Source: an uncultured Candidatus Saccharibacteria bacterium (GTDB lineage: Bacteria; Patescibacteriota; Minisyncoccia; Portnoybacterales; UBA2143). Taken from it: a stretch of 64,000 nt of DNA. The notes under the pieces were generated by a model, which was given only the letters and a program-made list of their open reading frames with translations, searched no databases and was not told the origin of the DNA. The DNA lies in NCBI GenBank assembly GCA_964403725.1, contig CAYOHI010000002.1, positions 21,644 to 85,643 on the forward strand. Reading direction: 5' to 3'. Positions 27,461 to 36,308 of the stretch are shown here, in pieces. The stretch's first letter is position 1. Each line of letters opens with the position of its first letter. The position numbers were made by a program, and so were the translations under genes.

Positions 27461-28531
27461 ATGAGTGAATTCCAAAAAAAACTTGATGATATTTTAGATA
27501 ATGCGATCAAGGATGGAGCTAGTGATGTTCATCTTTCAGCTGGCCGGGCGCCAACATTCAGGGTGCATGGCTCTCTGATTACTTATGATAAATATCCCGT
27601 TTTGTCAAAAGAAGATACCGAGCAGCTTGCCTTCATTATCCTTCCTGAAGAGCGTAAAGAACAATTTTTGAGCCAGAGAGATATTGATCTATCTTACTCC
27701 CATCAGGATAAAAGCAGATTCAGGGTTAACGTCTATCATCAATTAGGCAGTATTAGCATCGCCATGCGTCTGATTCCTAATAAGATTAGGACAATCGATG
27801 AATTGAACCTACCGGCTGCTATTCATAATTTCAGCAGCGTGCCTCAGGGATTCTTCTTGGTAGTTGGTCCTTCTGGCCAGGGTAAATCAGCTGCTTTGGT
27901 AGCCATGGTTGATGAGATAAACCACACTCGCCAAGATCACATAATTACCATTGAAGATCCGGTAGAATATCTATTCAAGCAAGACAAGTGCATTATTGAC
28001 CAGCGTGAAGTTGGTGAAGATGTCCAGAACTTTCACCGTGGTCTAAGAGAGGCTCTGCGCCAAGATCCAGACGTAATTATGATCGGTGAAATGCGTGATC
28101 CAGAAACTATCAGCAGCGCTGTCACTGCAGCTGAAACAGGTCATCTGGTTTTGGCTACCCTGCATACCAATACGGCTGCCCAGACAATTGACAGGATTAT
28201 CGATAGCTTTCCTCCTCACCAACAGAATCAGATCAGAATACAATTATCATCAACTATTTTAGGCATTCTTTCCCGTCGTTTAATTCCTTGCCTGAAAGGC
28301 GAAGTAATTAACGCAGTTGAATTGATGATCGCTAACTCAGCTGTCAGGAATCTAATTAGGGAAGGAAAAACGCATCAGATTGATATGATTATTGAAACTG
28401 GTTCTGAAGAAGGAATGATTTCTTTAAACCGTTCTTTGGCTGATTTGGTTAATAACGGAATGATAACTAGAGAACATGCTGAGATGCATTCAACTAATAT
28501 TAATGAATTAAGAATGTTACTGAGACAATAA
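27461..28531 (+). CDS. pilT: twitching-motility retraction ATPase PilT
   Basis: GPSGQGKS Walker A, PilT-type Asp/His boxes, AIRNLIREGK motif. Confidence 0.9.
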   Translation: MSEFQKKLDDILDNAIKDGASDVHLSAGRAPTFRVHGSLITYDKYPVLSKEDTEQLAFIILPEERKEQFLSQRDIDLSYSHQDKSRFRVNVYHQLGSISIAMRLIPNKIRTIDELNLPAAIHNFSSVPQGFFLVVGPSGQGKSAALVAMVDEINHTRQDHIITIEDPVEYLFKQDKCIIDQREVGEDVQNFHRGLREALRQDPDVIMIGEMRDPETISSAVTAAETGHLVLATLHTNTAAQTIDRIIDSFPPHQQNQIRIQLSSTILGILSRRLIPCLKGEVINAVELMIANSAVRNLIREGKTHQIDMIIETGSEEGMISLNRSLADLVNNGMITREHAEMHSTNINELRMLLRQ

Positions 28532-28539
28532 TATAGATT

Positions 28540-29745
28540 ATGAAATTTAATTATATTGTCAGAAACAAGGAGGGTGAAACGCAATCAGGAGTAATAGAGG
28601 CTATTAATAAGCAGACTGCCTTAAAGGCTCTTCAAGATCGCGATCTTATAATTGTCAGACTTCAAGGAATTGACGAAGGTCCTCTTTTTTCCAAAAGGAT
28701 TAAGTTTTTTGAGAGAGTTAAGCGTAAAGAAATCTTTGTTTTCTTTCGCCAGTTGGCTATTTTAGTTGACGCTAACGTTCCTTTGGTTCAATCTTTAAAA
28801 TCATTGGGCAAACAGGTTGATAGTGAGTACTTTAAGGAAATTATTTTAGAAGTAGCTAATGATATTGATGGCGGAGAAGCTTTTTCCAAGGCTTTGTCAA
28901 AATATCCAAAAGTTTTTTCCAAGTTTGCCATTAACCTGATGAAAACAGGCGAGGTCAGCGGACGCCTTCAGGAATCATTGATTTATTTAGCTGATCATCT
29001 TGAGAATGAATATTATTTAATTTCAAAAGTTAGAGGGGCTATGACTTACCCTCTTTTTATTATGGGTGCGTTTTTAATTATCGGCGTATTGGTGATGGTT
29101 TTAGTTATTCCTCAATTAACTTCCATTTTAACAGAAGCTGGACAGGAGTTGCCTTGGTCGACTAAAATTGTCATTTTTTTAAGTGAAGCTACTAGGAAAT
29201 GGGGCTGGTTGATGTTACTTGCTAGTATTGCAGCCTTTATTGCTTTCTGGAGGTATAAGAGCACTCCTAAGGGCAGGGCTATCTGGGATACGGTCAAGTT
29301 AAAAATCCCAATTTTTGGCAAAATTCTTCAAAAGACATACTTGGCTCGAATAGCTGATAACTTGAGCGCTTTAATTAAAGGGGGCGTTTCAGTTATCCAG
29401 AGCCTGAATGTTTCTGGGGAAGTGGTGGGCAACTCTGTCTTCAAGGCTATTCTTTTCCAAGCCAGGGATGAAATTAAGGTAGGACGGACTATTAGCTCTT
29501 CTTTAGAACAGCATGAAGAATTTCCTCCTTTATTCACTCAGATGATAAAGACCGGAGAACAGACTGGCAAGTTAGACAGTATTTTAGGAAAGTTAAGTAC
29601 GTTTTATAATAAAGAGGTGGCTAATGTAGTTGATAATTTAAGTCAATTAATCGAACCGCTTCTACTTGTAATGCTGGGCATTGGAGTAAGTATTTTGGTA
29701 TTTTCAGTATTTATGCCTATTTATAATCTAGCTGGAGGAATGTAA
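28540..29745 (+). CDS. pilC: type IV pilus platform protein PilC (GspF family)
   Basis: Two T2SS-F domains and three TM segments. Confidence 0.85.
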   Translation: MKFNYIVRNKEGETQSGVIEAINKQTALKALQDRDLIIVRLQGIDEGPLFSKRIKFFERVKRKEIFVFFRQLAILVDANVPLVQSLKSLGKQVDSEYFKEIILEVANDIDGGEAFSKALSKYPKVFSKFAINLMKTGEVSGRLQESLIYLADHLENEYYLISKVRGAMTYPLFIMGAFLIIGVLVMVLVIPQLTSILTEAGQELPWSTKIVIFLSEATRKWGWLMLLASIAAFIAFWRYKSTPKGRAIWDTVKLKIPIFGKILQKTYLARIADNLSALIKGGVSVIQSLNVSGEVVGNSVFKAILFQARDEIKVGRTISSSLEQHEEFPPLFTQMIKTGEQTGKLDSILGKLSTFYNKEVANVVDNLSQLIEPLLLVMLGIGVSILVFSVFMPIYNLAGGM

Positions 29746-29782
29746 AAATTAAAGGTCGGGGTTAATTAAAACAAGGGGAAAA

Positions 29783-30232
29783 ATGTTAAAAATCTTAAGA
29801 CAAAAAAATAGAGGTTTTACGTTGATTGAACTATTGGTAGTTATTGCCATTATTGGAACATTAGCTACTGTTGTTTTAGTTTCTTTAAATGAAGCCAGGA
29901 GCAAAGCGCGTGATGTTAGGCGATTGGCTGATTTAAGGCAACTGGCTTTAGCTTTGGAATTGTATTATGATACTAGTGGTGCCTATATTGATTCCGGTGG
30001 AGTATGTGTCGTGGCCAATGAAGCGAATATGGGCGATCTGACACCTGACTATATCGGCTCCATGCCAGCTGATCCGGGAGCGACTACTGAATATTATTAT
30101 GGAGCAGCTACTGATGAGCAAGCATATGTCTTGCGAGCAGTAATGGAAGGAACCGTGCCAGATGGCTCTTATACGGTTGATGAGTTCGGCTGTAGCTGTG
30201 ATCAGGCCAGTGAATATTGTATCAGGCCATAA
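29783..30232 (+). CDS. type IV pilin with C-terminal disulfide pair
   Basis: RGFTLIELLVVIAIIG prepilin signal. C-terminal GCSCDQASEYCIRP. Confidence 0.7.
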   Translation: MLKILRQKNRGFTLIELLVVIAIIGTLATVVLVSLNEARSKARDVRRLADLRQLALALELYYDTSGAYIDSGGVCVVANEANMGDLTPDYIGSMPADPGATTEYYYGAATDEQAYVLRAVMEGTVPDGSYTVDEFGCSCDQASEYCIRP

Positions 30233-30296
30233 ATTAATTATTGGTTAACAAAGGTCGAGTAATTAGATTTTAAATTTCATCTATTTACGAAAGGGG

Positions 30297-30758
30297 GTGA
30301 AAAAAATGATAAAGTATTTTCACGAAAAGAAAGTCCAGAAAGGTTTTACATTGATTGAACTATTAGTAGTTATCGCTATTATTGGTGTATTGGCTACTAT
30401 CGTATTAGTTTCTCTTAATACAGCTCGAAGCAAGGCACGTGATAGTCGAAGGGTTAGTGATATGAGACAGTTGGCTTTGGCTTTAGAGATGTATTACGAT
30501 GATAATGATGCTTATATTGATTCAGGTGCAGCATGTGTGGCAGCAACTGAAGCTAACTTAGGCGGCCTAACACCTGACTATATGGGAACTCTACCATCAG
30601 ATCCAGGAACAGGCTCATATTCTTACGGAGCAGATGCTACTGAACAAGACTACGTTTTAAGAGCAGTAGTAGAAAACTCTTTGCCTGATGGCTCTTATAC
30701 AACGGATATTTACGGTTGTAGTTGTGACCAAGCAACAGAATATTGTATTAGGCCTTAA
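30297..30758 (+). CDS. type IV pilin paralog (tandem duplicate)
   Basis: KGFTLIELLVVIAIIG signal. C-terminal GCSCDQATEYCIRP. Strongly resembles the pilin at 29783..30232. Confidence 0.7.
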   Translation: MKKMIKYFHEKKVQKGFTLIELLVVIAIIGVLATIVLVSLNTARSKARDSRRVSDMRQLALALEMYYDDNDAYIDSGAACVAATEANLGGLTPDYMGTLPSDPGTGSYSYGADATEQDYVLRAVVENSLPDGSYTTDIYGCSCDQATEYCIRP

Positions 30759-30800
30759 TTAGTTTTTAAACAGTCTGGTAACCAGAGACCTCATGAGATA

Positions 30801-31592
30801 ATGGAGGAATTATCTCGTGGGGTTAGGGTTGTCAGACTGTTTGCTTCTATTATGTTTTTAATTATTTTCATTTTAGGCTTGTTAATTGGCAGTTTTCTTA
30901 ATGTAGTAATTTGCCGATTGAAAATTAAGCAGACAATTCTTTTTAATCGTTCCTATTGTCCGAAATGCGGGAATGTTTTGAAATGGCATGATCTGATTCC
31001 CTTATTCAGTTTTTTGATTCAAAAAGGGAAATGTCGCTATTGCGGGAAAAAAATTAGCTGGCAATATCCTTTGGTTGAATTGGCTACGGGACTGTTATTC
31101 GTTTTAGTTTTTTACAAGTTTTTTCCTGATTATTTAAATTTGACCTATCACTTGATTATTGTTTCATTTTTAATAATTGTTTTTGTTTATGATTTAAAGC
31201 ATTATTTAATTCTTGATAAGATTGTTTTTCCAGCAGCAGTTATTGTCTTTATTTATCAGATTATAAATGGTAATTATTTCAATCCCTTATTAGCTGCAAT
31301 ATCAGCCAGTGGATTTTTCTTAAGTTTGGTTCTTTTTTCAAAAGGAAAATGGATGGGTTTAGGAGATGTAAAATTCGCTTTTTTCATGGGCTTGTTTTTA
31401 GGTTGGCCGAATATTTTATTGGCTTTGCTTTTATCTTTTGTTTCAGGAGCTATTATTGGTATAGTGTTAATTTCTTTTGGCAAGAAGGGAATTAAATCTG
31501 AAATTCCTTTTGGGCCCTTTTTGGTCGGAGCAACTGTTTTGACAATGTTTTACGGGGGAGATATAATTAGAATGTATTTAGGTTTCTTGTAA
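30801..31592 (+). CDS. pilD: prepilin peptidase PilD (A24 family)
   Basis: CPKCGN...CRYCGKK zinc motifs. Catalytic Asp in DLKHYLILD and GLGDVKF. Confidence 0.85.
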   Translation: MEELSRGVRVVRLFASIMFLIIFILGLLIGSFLNVVICRLKIKQTILFNRSYCPKCGNVLKWHDLIPLFSFLIQKGKCRYCGKKISWQYPLVELATGLLFVLVFYKFFPDYLNLTYHLIIVSFLIIVFVYDLKHYLILDKIVFPAAVIVFIYQIINGNYFNPLLAAISASGFFLSLVLFSKGKWMGLGDVKFAFFMGLFLGWPNILLALLLSFVSGAIIGIVLISFGKKGIKSEIPFGPFLVGATVLTMFYGGDIIRMYLGFL

Positions 31593-31622
31593 TTTAATAT
31601 TTAAATTGATAAAATTAGGCTT

Positions 31623-32105
31623 ATGAATAAAAAAATATATACAATTCTTTTTTTAATAGTTGTTTTGTTTCTTGGTGGATATTATTATTTCTACTTCCAG
31701 AATTCAGAAGTAAAAACACAAGATGATCAGAATGAAGTAGTCCAAGAAGAACAAAACGGAGAAGTTGAAGTATCAGGGGGTGGCGAATGTCCAATTGGGG
31801 TTAATAGGATTATTGATGGTGCTTTTCAAAAAACTGAAGATGGTTTTATCTATCTCCAAATTGAAGGTCAAGATTCTGTAGAGATGATTAAAGTAACGGA
31901 TGATACTTCTTTCTTGAAAATAGATCTTACATCATCAATGGATGTTATTGATCAATCAAATATCACTGTGGACGAATTAGGGGAAGGAAATCAGCTTTCA
32001 GTCATATCTCTTTGCAATGAGTGTGCTGAAAATGAGGAGGGATGTATTGAAGAAAAAACAGCTTTAACAGTCAGATATATGAATGTTGAAGGCGAAAGGG
32101 AATAA
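31623..32105 (+). CDS. secreted hypothetical protein
   Basis: N-terminal TM/signal segment. Acidic, Cys-containing C-terminal domain. Confidence 0.35.
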   Translation: MNKKIYTILFLIVVLFLGGYYYFYFQNSEVKTQDDQNEVVQEEQNGEVEVSGGGECPIGVNRIIDGAFQKTEDGFIYLQIEGQDSVEMIKVTDDTSFLKIDLTSSMDVIDQSNITVDELGEGNQLSVISLCNECAENEEGCIEEKTALTVRYMNVEGERE

Positions 32106-32107
32106 AT

Positions 32108-32515
32108 ATGATGACTAAAATAAAAGGCAATACTTTAAAATTTTCTTTTAATCTCAAAGATTATCCGTTAGAAGCTCTTTACGGAGCAGCCTATGTCTTT
32201 CTTGATAAAGTCTATTTGTTTTTAAACAGTAAGCCTAAAGAAAAGATAGAGGTTTCTCTAAAAGGCAAGAAAAAGTTAAGTAAAAAACAATTAGAGAAAT
32301 TAAAGGGGGAGTTCTTAAACGAACTCTTTAATTATACTATCAGGATTAAGATGGCCAAGGGTAATCGGAAAATTAGGGAATTTATCATTGGCCAGGCTTT
32401 AATTTCGGCTTATGGCAGCGAGTCCAATCAGGAAGATGAAATGAAATATAAGGATGATCCTTTAGGTATCGCTATGTCTTGGGAGGATAAGTACGAGAAA
32501 AAAGGCAAGAAATAA
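32108..32515 (+). CDS. hypothetical protein immediately upstream of the Hxs-like module
   Basis: 135 aa, no recognisable domain. Start is adjacent to the upstream gene's stop. Confidence 0.3.
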   Translation: MMTKIKGNTLKFSFNLKDYPLEALYGAAYVFLDKVYLFLNSKPKEKIEVSLKGKKKLSKKQLEKLKGEFLNELFNYTIRIKMAKGNRKIREFIIGQALISAYGSESNQEDEMKYKDDPLGIAMSWEDKYEKKGKK

Positions 32516-32718
32516 TGCAGATAAAATTTAATAAAAAAATATACAGCTTAAAAGCTATAAAATTAGCCATTAAAGACTATCAGGGATTGGCTGATTTTAA
32601 TTTGGAGAAAAAAGGAGAATATATTTTAGTTAAATTAACTAAAATTGACAAAGAATACAAAGGAATAATTAAAGATGAATTCTGTAATTATATCCTTTCT
32701 TTAATGAAAACAGATTAA
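32515..32718 (+). CDS. small hypothetical protein (HxsD-position accessory candidate)
   Basis: 67 aa, overlaps the previous stop and lies 4 nt before the radical SAM gene. Assigned by position only. Confidence 0.3.
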   Translation: MQIKFNKKIYSLKAIKLAIKDYQGLADFNLEKKGEYILVKLTKIDKEYKGIIKDEFCNYILSLMKTD

Positions 32719-32721
32719 TTT

Positions 32722-34173
32722 ATGTCCCTTGATTCAGATAAAATTAAATACAACCAATTAGGATTCTTTCGTTTTAAAGAGTTCAAGAATAAATATCTTT
32801 TAACCAATGATGTTGGTCAATATTTATTTTTAACAAAAAAGGAATTTAAAAGTTTCTTGGAGAATAAATTGGAAAAAGATAAAGAGCCATATTTGTCTTT
32901 GAAAAAAAAGAATTTTCTAAAAAACGAATTAGACTTAACAGAATCAATTGACAGATACAGGTCAAAGAAGGATTTTCTTTTTGGCGGACCTAGTTTGCAT
33001 ATTATAGTGGTAACCTTGAGATGTAACCATAGATGCGTTTATTGCCATGCTAGTGCCCAGGCTATGGACAAAGAAGAGCTTGATATGGATGAAGTAACAG
33101 CCAGAGAGACAGTTGATAAGATTTTTGAAACAACTAGTCCCTTTGTAGCCATTGAATTTCAAGGCGGTGAGCCATTAGTCAATTGGCCAATAGTCAAATT
33201 TATTATTGAATATGCCCAGAAGAAGAACAGGAAAATAAAGAAAGATCTGGAGTTGCGCTTGGTCTCTAATATGTCTTTGATGACTAAGGAAAAATTTGAT
33301 TATTTGATCAAGAAAAAGGTGAGTATGTGTGTGTCTTTAGATGGATCTGAGAAAATACACAACAAAAACCGACCCTTGGTAGGCGATAAAACTGGGAGTT
33401 ACAAACATGCAGCCAAATGGGTTAAGAAATTCTATAAGCTCTATCCTCAATTGAGAAAGAAAGGATATATTTTCAAAATGGGCGTGGCTATTACAGTCAG
33501 TCGATTTTCACTGCCTCATTACAAGAAAATGGTTGATGAATTTATGAAATTGGGCTTTAACGATATTTACTTGCGTCCTCTAAATCCTTTCGGCTTTACT
33601 AAAAATCATTTTCAGAAAATCGGCTATGGCGTTAAGGATTACATGAAATTCTATAAAGGTGCTCTGGATTACATGATTGATTTAAACCTTAAGGGTAAGG
33701 AATTCAAGGAAAAAACAGCAATTACTTTTCTGACCAAAATTTTAACCAGAAATGATCCTAATCACTTAGATTTTCGCTCTCCTTGCGGAGCAGGTATTGG
33801 TCAATTAGCTTATAATTATAACGGAGATGTCTATACTTGCGATGAAGGAAGAATGCTATCTATGATGGATGATGAAAGTTTTCGTTTAGGCAATGTTAAA
33901 GAAAATACTTATCAGGAAATGGTAGGTAATCCAGTAGTTAGAACGATGTGCACAGCCTCTTGTTTAGAAGGCTTGCCTCATTGCAGTGATTGCGTTTACA
34001 AGCTCTATTGCGGGGTCTGTCCGATTTATAATTATTTTGAACAGGGTAATATTTTTGGCCAGATGCCGACTAATGAAAGATGCCAGATAAATATGGCTAC
34101 TTTGGATTTATTATTTGAAAAACTGCAAGATAAAAAAGCAGGACCTGTTTTGAAGTCTTGGCTGGATAAATAA
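32722..34173 (+). CDS. radical SAM/SPASM-domain peptide maturase candidate (HxsB/HxsC-like)
   Basis: CNHRCVYC (CxxxCxxC) cluster. C-terminal SPASM-like Cys array (CGAG..YTCDEG...CTASC...HCSDC...CGVCPIYN). ~85-aa N-terminal extension. Encoded directly upstream of the His-Gly-Ser repeat peptide. Confidence 0.75.
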   Translation: MSLDSDKIKYNQLGFFRFKEFKNKYLLTNDVGQYLFLTKKEFKSFLENKLEKDKEPYLSLKKKNFLKNELDLTESIDRYRSKKDFLFGGPSLHIIVVTLRCNHRCVYCHASAQAMDKEELDMDEVTARETVDKIFETTSPFVAIEFQGGEPLVNWPIVKFIIEYAQKKNRKIKKDLELRLVSNMSLMTKEKFDYLIKKKVSMCVSLDGSEKIHNKNRPLVGDKTGSYKHAAKWVKKFYKLYPQLRKKGYIFKMGVAITVSRFSLPHYKKMVDEFMKLGFNDIYLRPLNPFGFTKNHFQKIGYGVKDYMKFYKGALDYMIDLNLKGKEFKEKTAITFLTKILTRNDPNHLDFRSPCGAGIGQLAYNYNGDVYTCDEGRMLSMMDDESFRLGNVKENTYQEMVGNPVVRTMCTASCLEGLPHCSDCVYKLYCGVCPIYNYFEQGNIFGQMPTNERCQINMATLDLLFEKLQDKKAGPVLKSWLDK

Positions 34174-34237
34174 GTTTTGTGTTATCCACAGGCGGATTAG
34201 TTTTATTTAAAAAATTTTGCTATAATAAAGTAAATAA

Positions 34238-34558
34238 ATGAAAAAGACAAAATTACCTCAAATCAAGAAAGACATTAAGGCTTTCTTAACGAGCGAAGAA
34301 GGAAGGATAAATAAAAAGAAAGTAGCCAAAGTGGCTATGGGTCTTTTGGCTTTAGGAGTTGGTTTAGCTGGTGCTATGAAGCCAGATCCAACTTCAGCTG
34401 CCTGTTCTCATGCCTCTCACGGCTCACACGGATCCCATAGTTCCCACGGATCCCACGGCTCTCACGGCTCACACGGTTCTCATGGAAGTCATGGATCACA
34501 TGGTAGTCACGGCTCACACGGCTCACACGGCTCACACGGATCTCATAGTAATTATTAA
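34238..34558 (+). CDS. His-Xaa-Ser repeat precursor peptide (HxsA-like) with 14 His-Gly-Ser repeats
   Basis: 106 aa: Lys-rich leader, hydrophobic VAMGLLALGVGLAGAM segment, then SHASHGSHGSHSSHGSHG...(HGS)n...SHSNY. Confidence 0.65.
   Translation: MKKTKLPQIKKDIKAFLTSEEGRINKKKVAKVAMGLLALGVGLAGAMKPDPTSAACSHASHGSHGSHSSHGSHGSHGSHGSHGSHGSHGSHGSHGSHGSHGSHSNY
34406..34549 (+). repeat. in-frame 9-nt tandem repeat (TCN CAY GGN)x~15 encoding the SHG repeats
   Basis: Direct reading shows tctcacggc / tcacacgga / tcccatagt / tcccacgga... Third positions vary, so units are non-identical at DNA level. Confidence 0.8.
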
Positions 34559-34571
34559 TCTATAAATCATT

Positions 34572-35441
34572 ATGGGTTTTCTAAAAGAAAACAAATTATT
34601 AATAGGAATAGTAGTAGTGGTTTTGGTAGTTGTTGCTGGAATGGCAGCAATTTTTAATTGGCAAAAAACTCATCTTCCTCTAGATATTTCTCCAGAAGGA
34701 GTGAAAGCTAAATGTATTGAAGATATTACAGATATGACTGATGATGAATTAATCAATGAAGTTGATAGCTTGAAATATCCGGGAGAGGAAATATCTCCAG
34801 GAGAAACTAGAATGAATTACGGTCATAAGAATATTGTTAATTATTTAATCTGTAGATCAGTTAATGATGAAAATTACAGTAGAGCAAAAAGCTATATAGA
34901 AGGAGTGAATATCCAGGAGGAAAATAGAAAGGTGTCATTAAGTCGATTAAATGAGACTTACAATGAAGAAAATATGAATTTTTTAGAGTTATTAGCTAAT
35001 GGTAATTTAGATGATAACTGTCCTGATAAATTATCAAATCTTTGTCTTGAGAAAGCTAAGAATATATTAGGTGTTAATGAAAAAGTAGAAGAAGATTGTA
35101 ATAATATATGTGAAATTGCCAAAAATTCAAGCGAAGATGAATATTTAGAGAGCAAATTATTGAATTTAATTACTCCATCAGATGTCATATTCTACCCAGA
35201 ATCAATTATTGACGATTCTAATAAGATCATATCTCCAGAGTGGATATACGCCATAATATATAGATACAAGAAAGAAGAAGGAATACTAAAGACATGTGAA
35301 GTATTCGAGGGTGATCAAAAGAATGAATGTCTATCTTATGCAAATGATATTATCGATAGAATCAAAAAAACTGAAGGTGATTGTAGTTCTATTAGAGAAG
35401 ATTTAAGTCAGGTTATTTGTGATATTGTTGATGATAAATGA
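34572..35441 (+). CDS. membrane-anchored Cys-containing hypothetical protein
   Basis: N-terminal TM anchor. Acidic extracytoplasmic domain with several Cys pairs. Confidence 0.4.
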   Translation: MGFLKENKLLIGIVVVVLVVVAGMAAIFNWQKTHLPLDISPEGVKAKCIEDITDMTDDELINEVDSLKYPGEEISPGETRMNYGHKNIVNYLICRSVNDENYSRAKSYIEGVNIQEENRKVSLSRLNETYNEENMNFLELLANGNLDDNCPDKLSNLCLEKAKNILGVNEKVEEDCNNICEIAKNSSEDEYLESKLLNLITPSDVIFYPESIIDDSNKIISPEWIYAIIYRYKKEEGILKTCEVFEGDQKNECLSYANDIIDRIKKTEGDCSSIREDLSQVICDIVDDK

Positions 35442-36265
35442 GTTTAGAAAATAAATATCTGGATTGGAGTGGGGTTGTTCCGCTTTGGGGGGAGTATACT
35501 TCGCCCTTTAGGCCGTCTGAAAAAGAAATATTGATTTATTCTGAATATATAAAGGAGTTGGGTGAAAATATATTATTACTCGGTGCTACTCCAGAAATCA
35601 GAGAAGTTTTATCAAAATTTAAATTAAAAGTAACACTTTTAGATTCGTCCCTTGATATGATCAAGGGTATGTTTAATTATGGGAAGATTGATCGTAAAAA
35701 TGAAACCTGGATCAATGATAATTGGCTAAAAATAGATAAGGTTTTTGAAAAAAATAATTTTGATCTTATTTTAGGAGATTTAGTTTTGAGGAATATTGAT
35801 GCTAGCCAACAAGAGAAGTTTCTTAAAAAAACAGCAAATGTTTTAAGTAGTGATGGCCTACTTTTGTTAAGGATTCATTGTTGCGATTGTTATTGTGGTC
35901 AAGACGCAGATAAAGTAGTTGATGAATTTTTTAATAATTTCTCAAATGAAAATAAGAAAATAGCTGAAGACTTATTAACTTCTCGCTTATTTGATTGTTT
36001 TACTAATAAGAAAAACAAGGCTATTGATAAAAATAAATTCATTGATTATGTAAATAGTAAATTAAAAGAAGAAAAACAAGATCAGATAGAAATATTTAAT
36101 CGGATTAGCAGTAAATGGTGTGGTAATGATAGGACTTGGATACAGAGGACTAGTGATGAGATAAATAAAATGATTAATAAATATTTTAAAATTGAATATA
36201 TTTTCGCGGGAAATGATTATCCTGATTCTGAATTCTACCCGATATATGCAATTGTAAAGAAATAA
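35438..36265 (+). CDS. hypothetical protein, possibly class I methyltransferase fold with a degenerate SAM-binding loop
   Basis: ILLLGATPE / VTLLDSS / FDLILGDLVL / LSSDGLLLL follows motif I, post-I, II and III spacing, but lacks GxGxG. Confidence 0.3.
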   Translation: MSLENKYLDWSGVVPLWGEYTSPFRPSEKEILIYSEYIKELGENILLLGATPEIREVLSKFKLKVTLLDSSLDMIKGMFNYGKIDRKNETWINDNWLKIDKVFEKNNFDLILGDLVLRNIDASQQEKFLKKTANVLSSDGLLLLRIHCCDCYCGQDADKVVDEFFNNFSNENKKIAEDLLTSRLFDCFTNKKNKAIDKNKFIDYVNSKLKEEKQDQIEIFNRISSKWCGNDRTWIQRTSDEINKMINKYFKIEYIFAGNDYPDSEFYPIYAIVKK

Positions 36266-36308
36266 AATACCTCTATAGTAGAGGTATTTTATTTTCACTA
36301 ACTGAATT

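Noticed and set aside
32108-32718. Calling 32108..32515 or 32515..32718 specifically HxsD.
   Set aside because: Only position supports it: small ORFs upstream of the rSAM and the HGS peptide. I cannot recall a diagnostic HxsD motif to check against, so both are left as hypothetical accessory candidates.
34398-34550. Considered whether the short tandem repeats here are a CRISPR array or a non-coding satellite.
   Set aside because: The units are 9 nt, contiguous with no spacers, in frame and inside an SD-initiated ORF. They encode a His-Gly-Ser peptide repeat. No CRISPR-like repeat-spacer architecture exists anywhere in the window.
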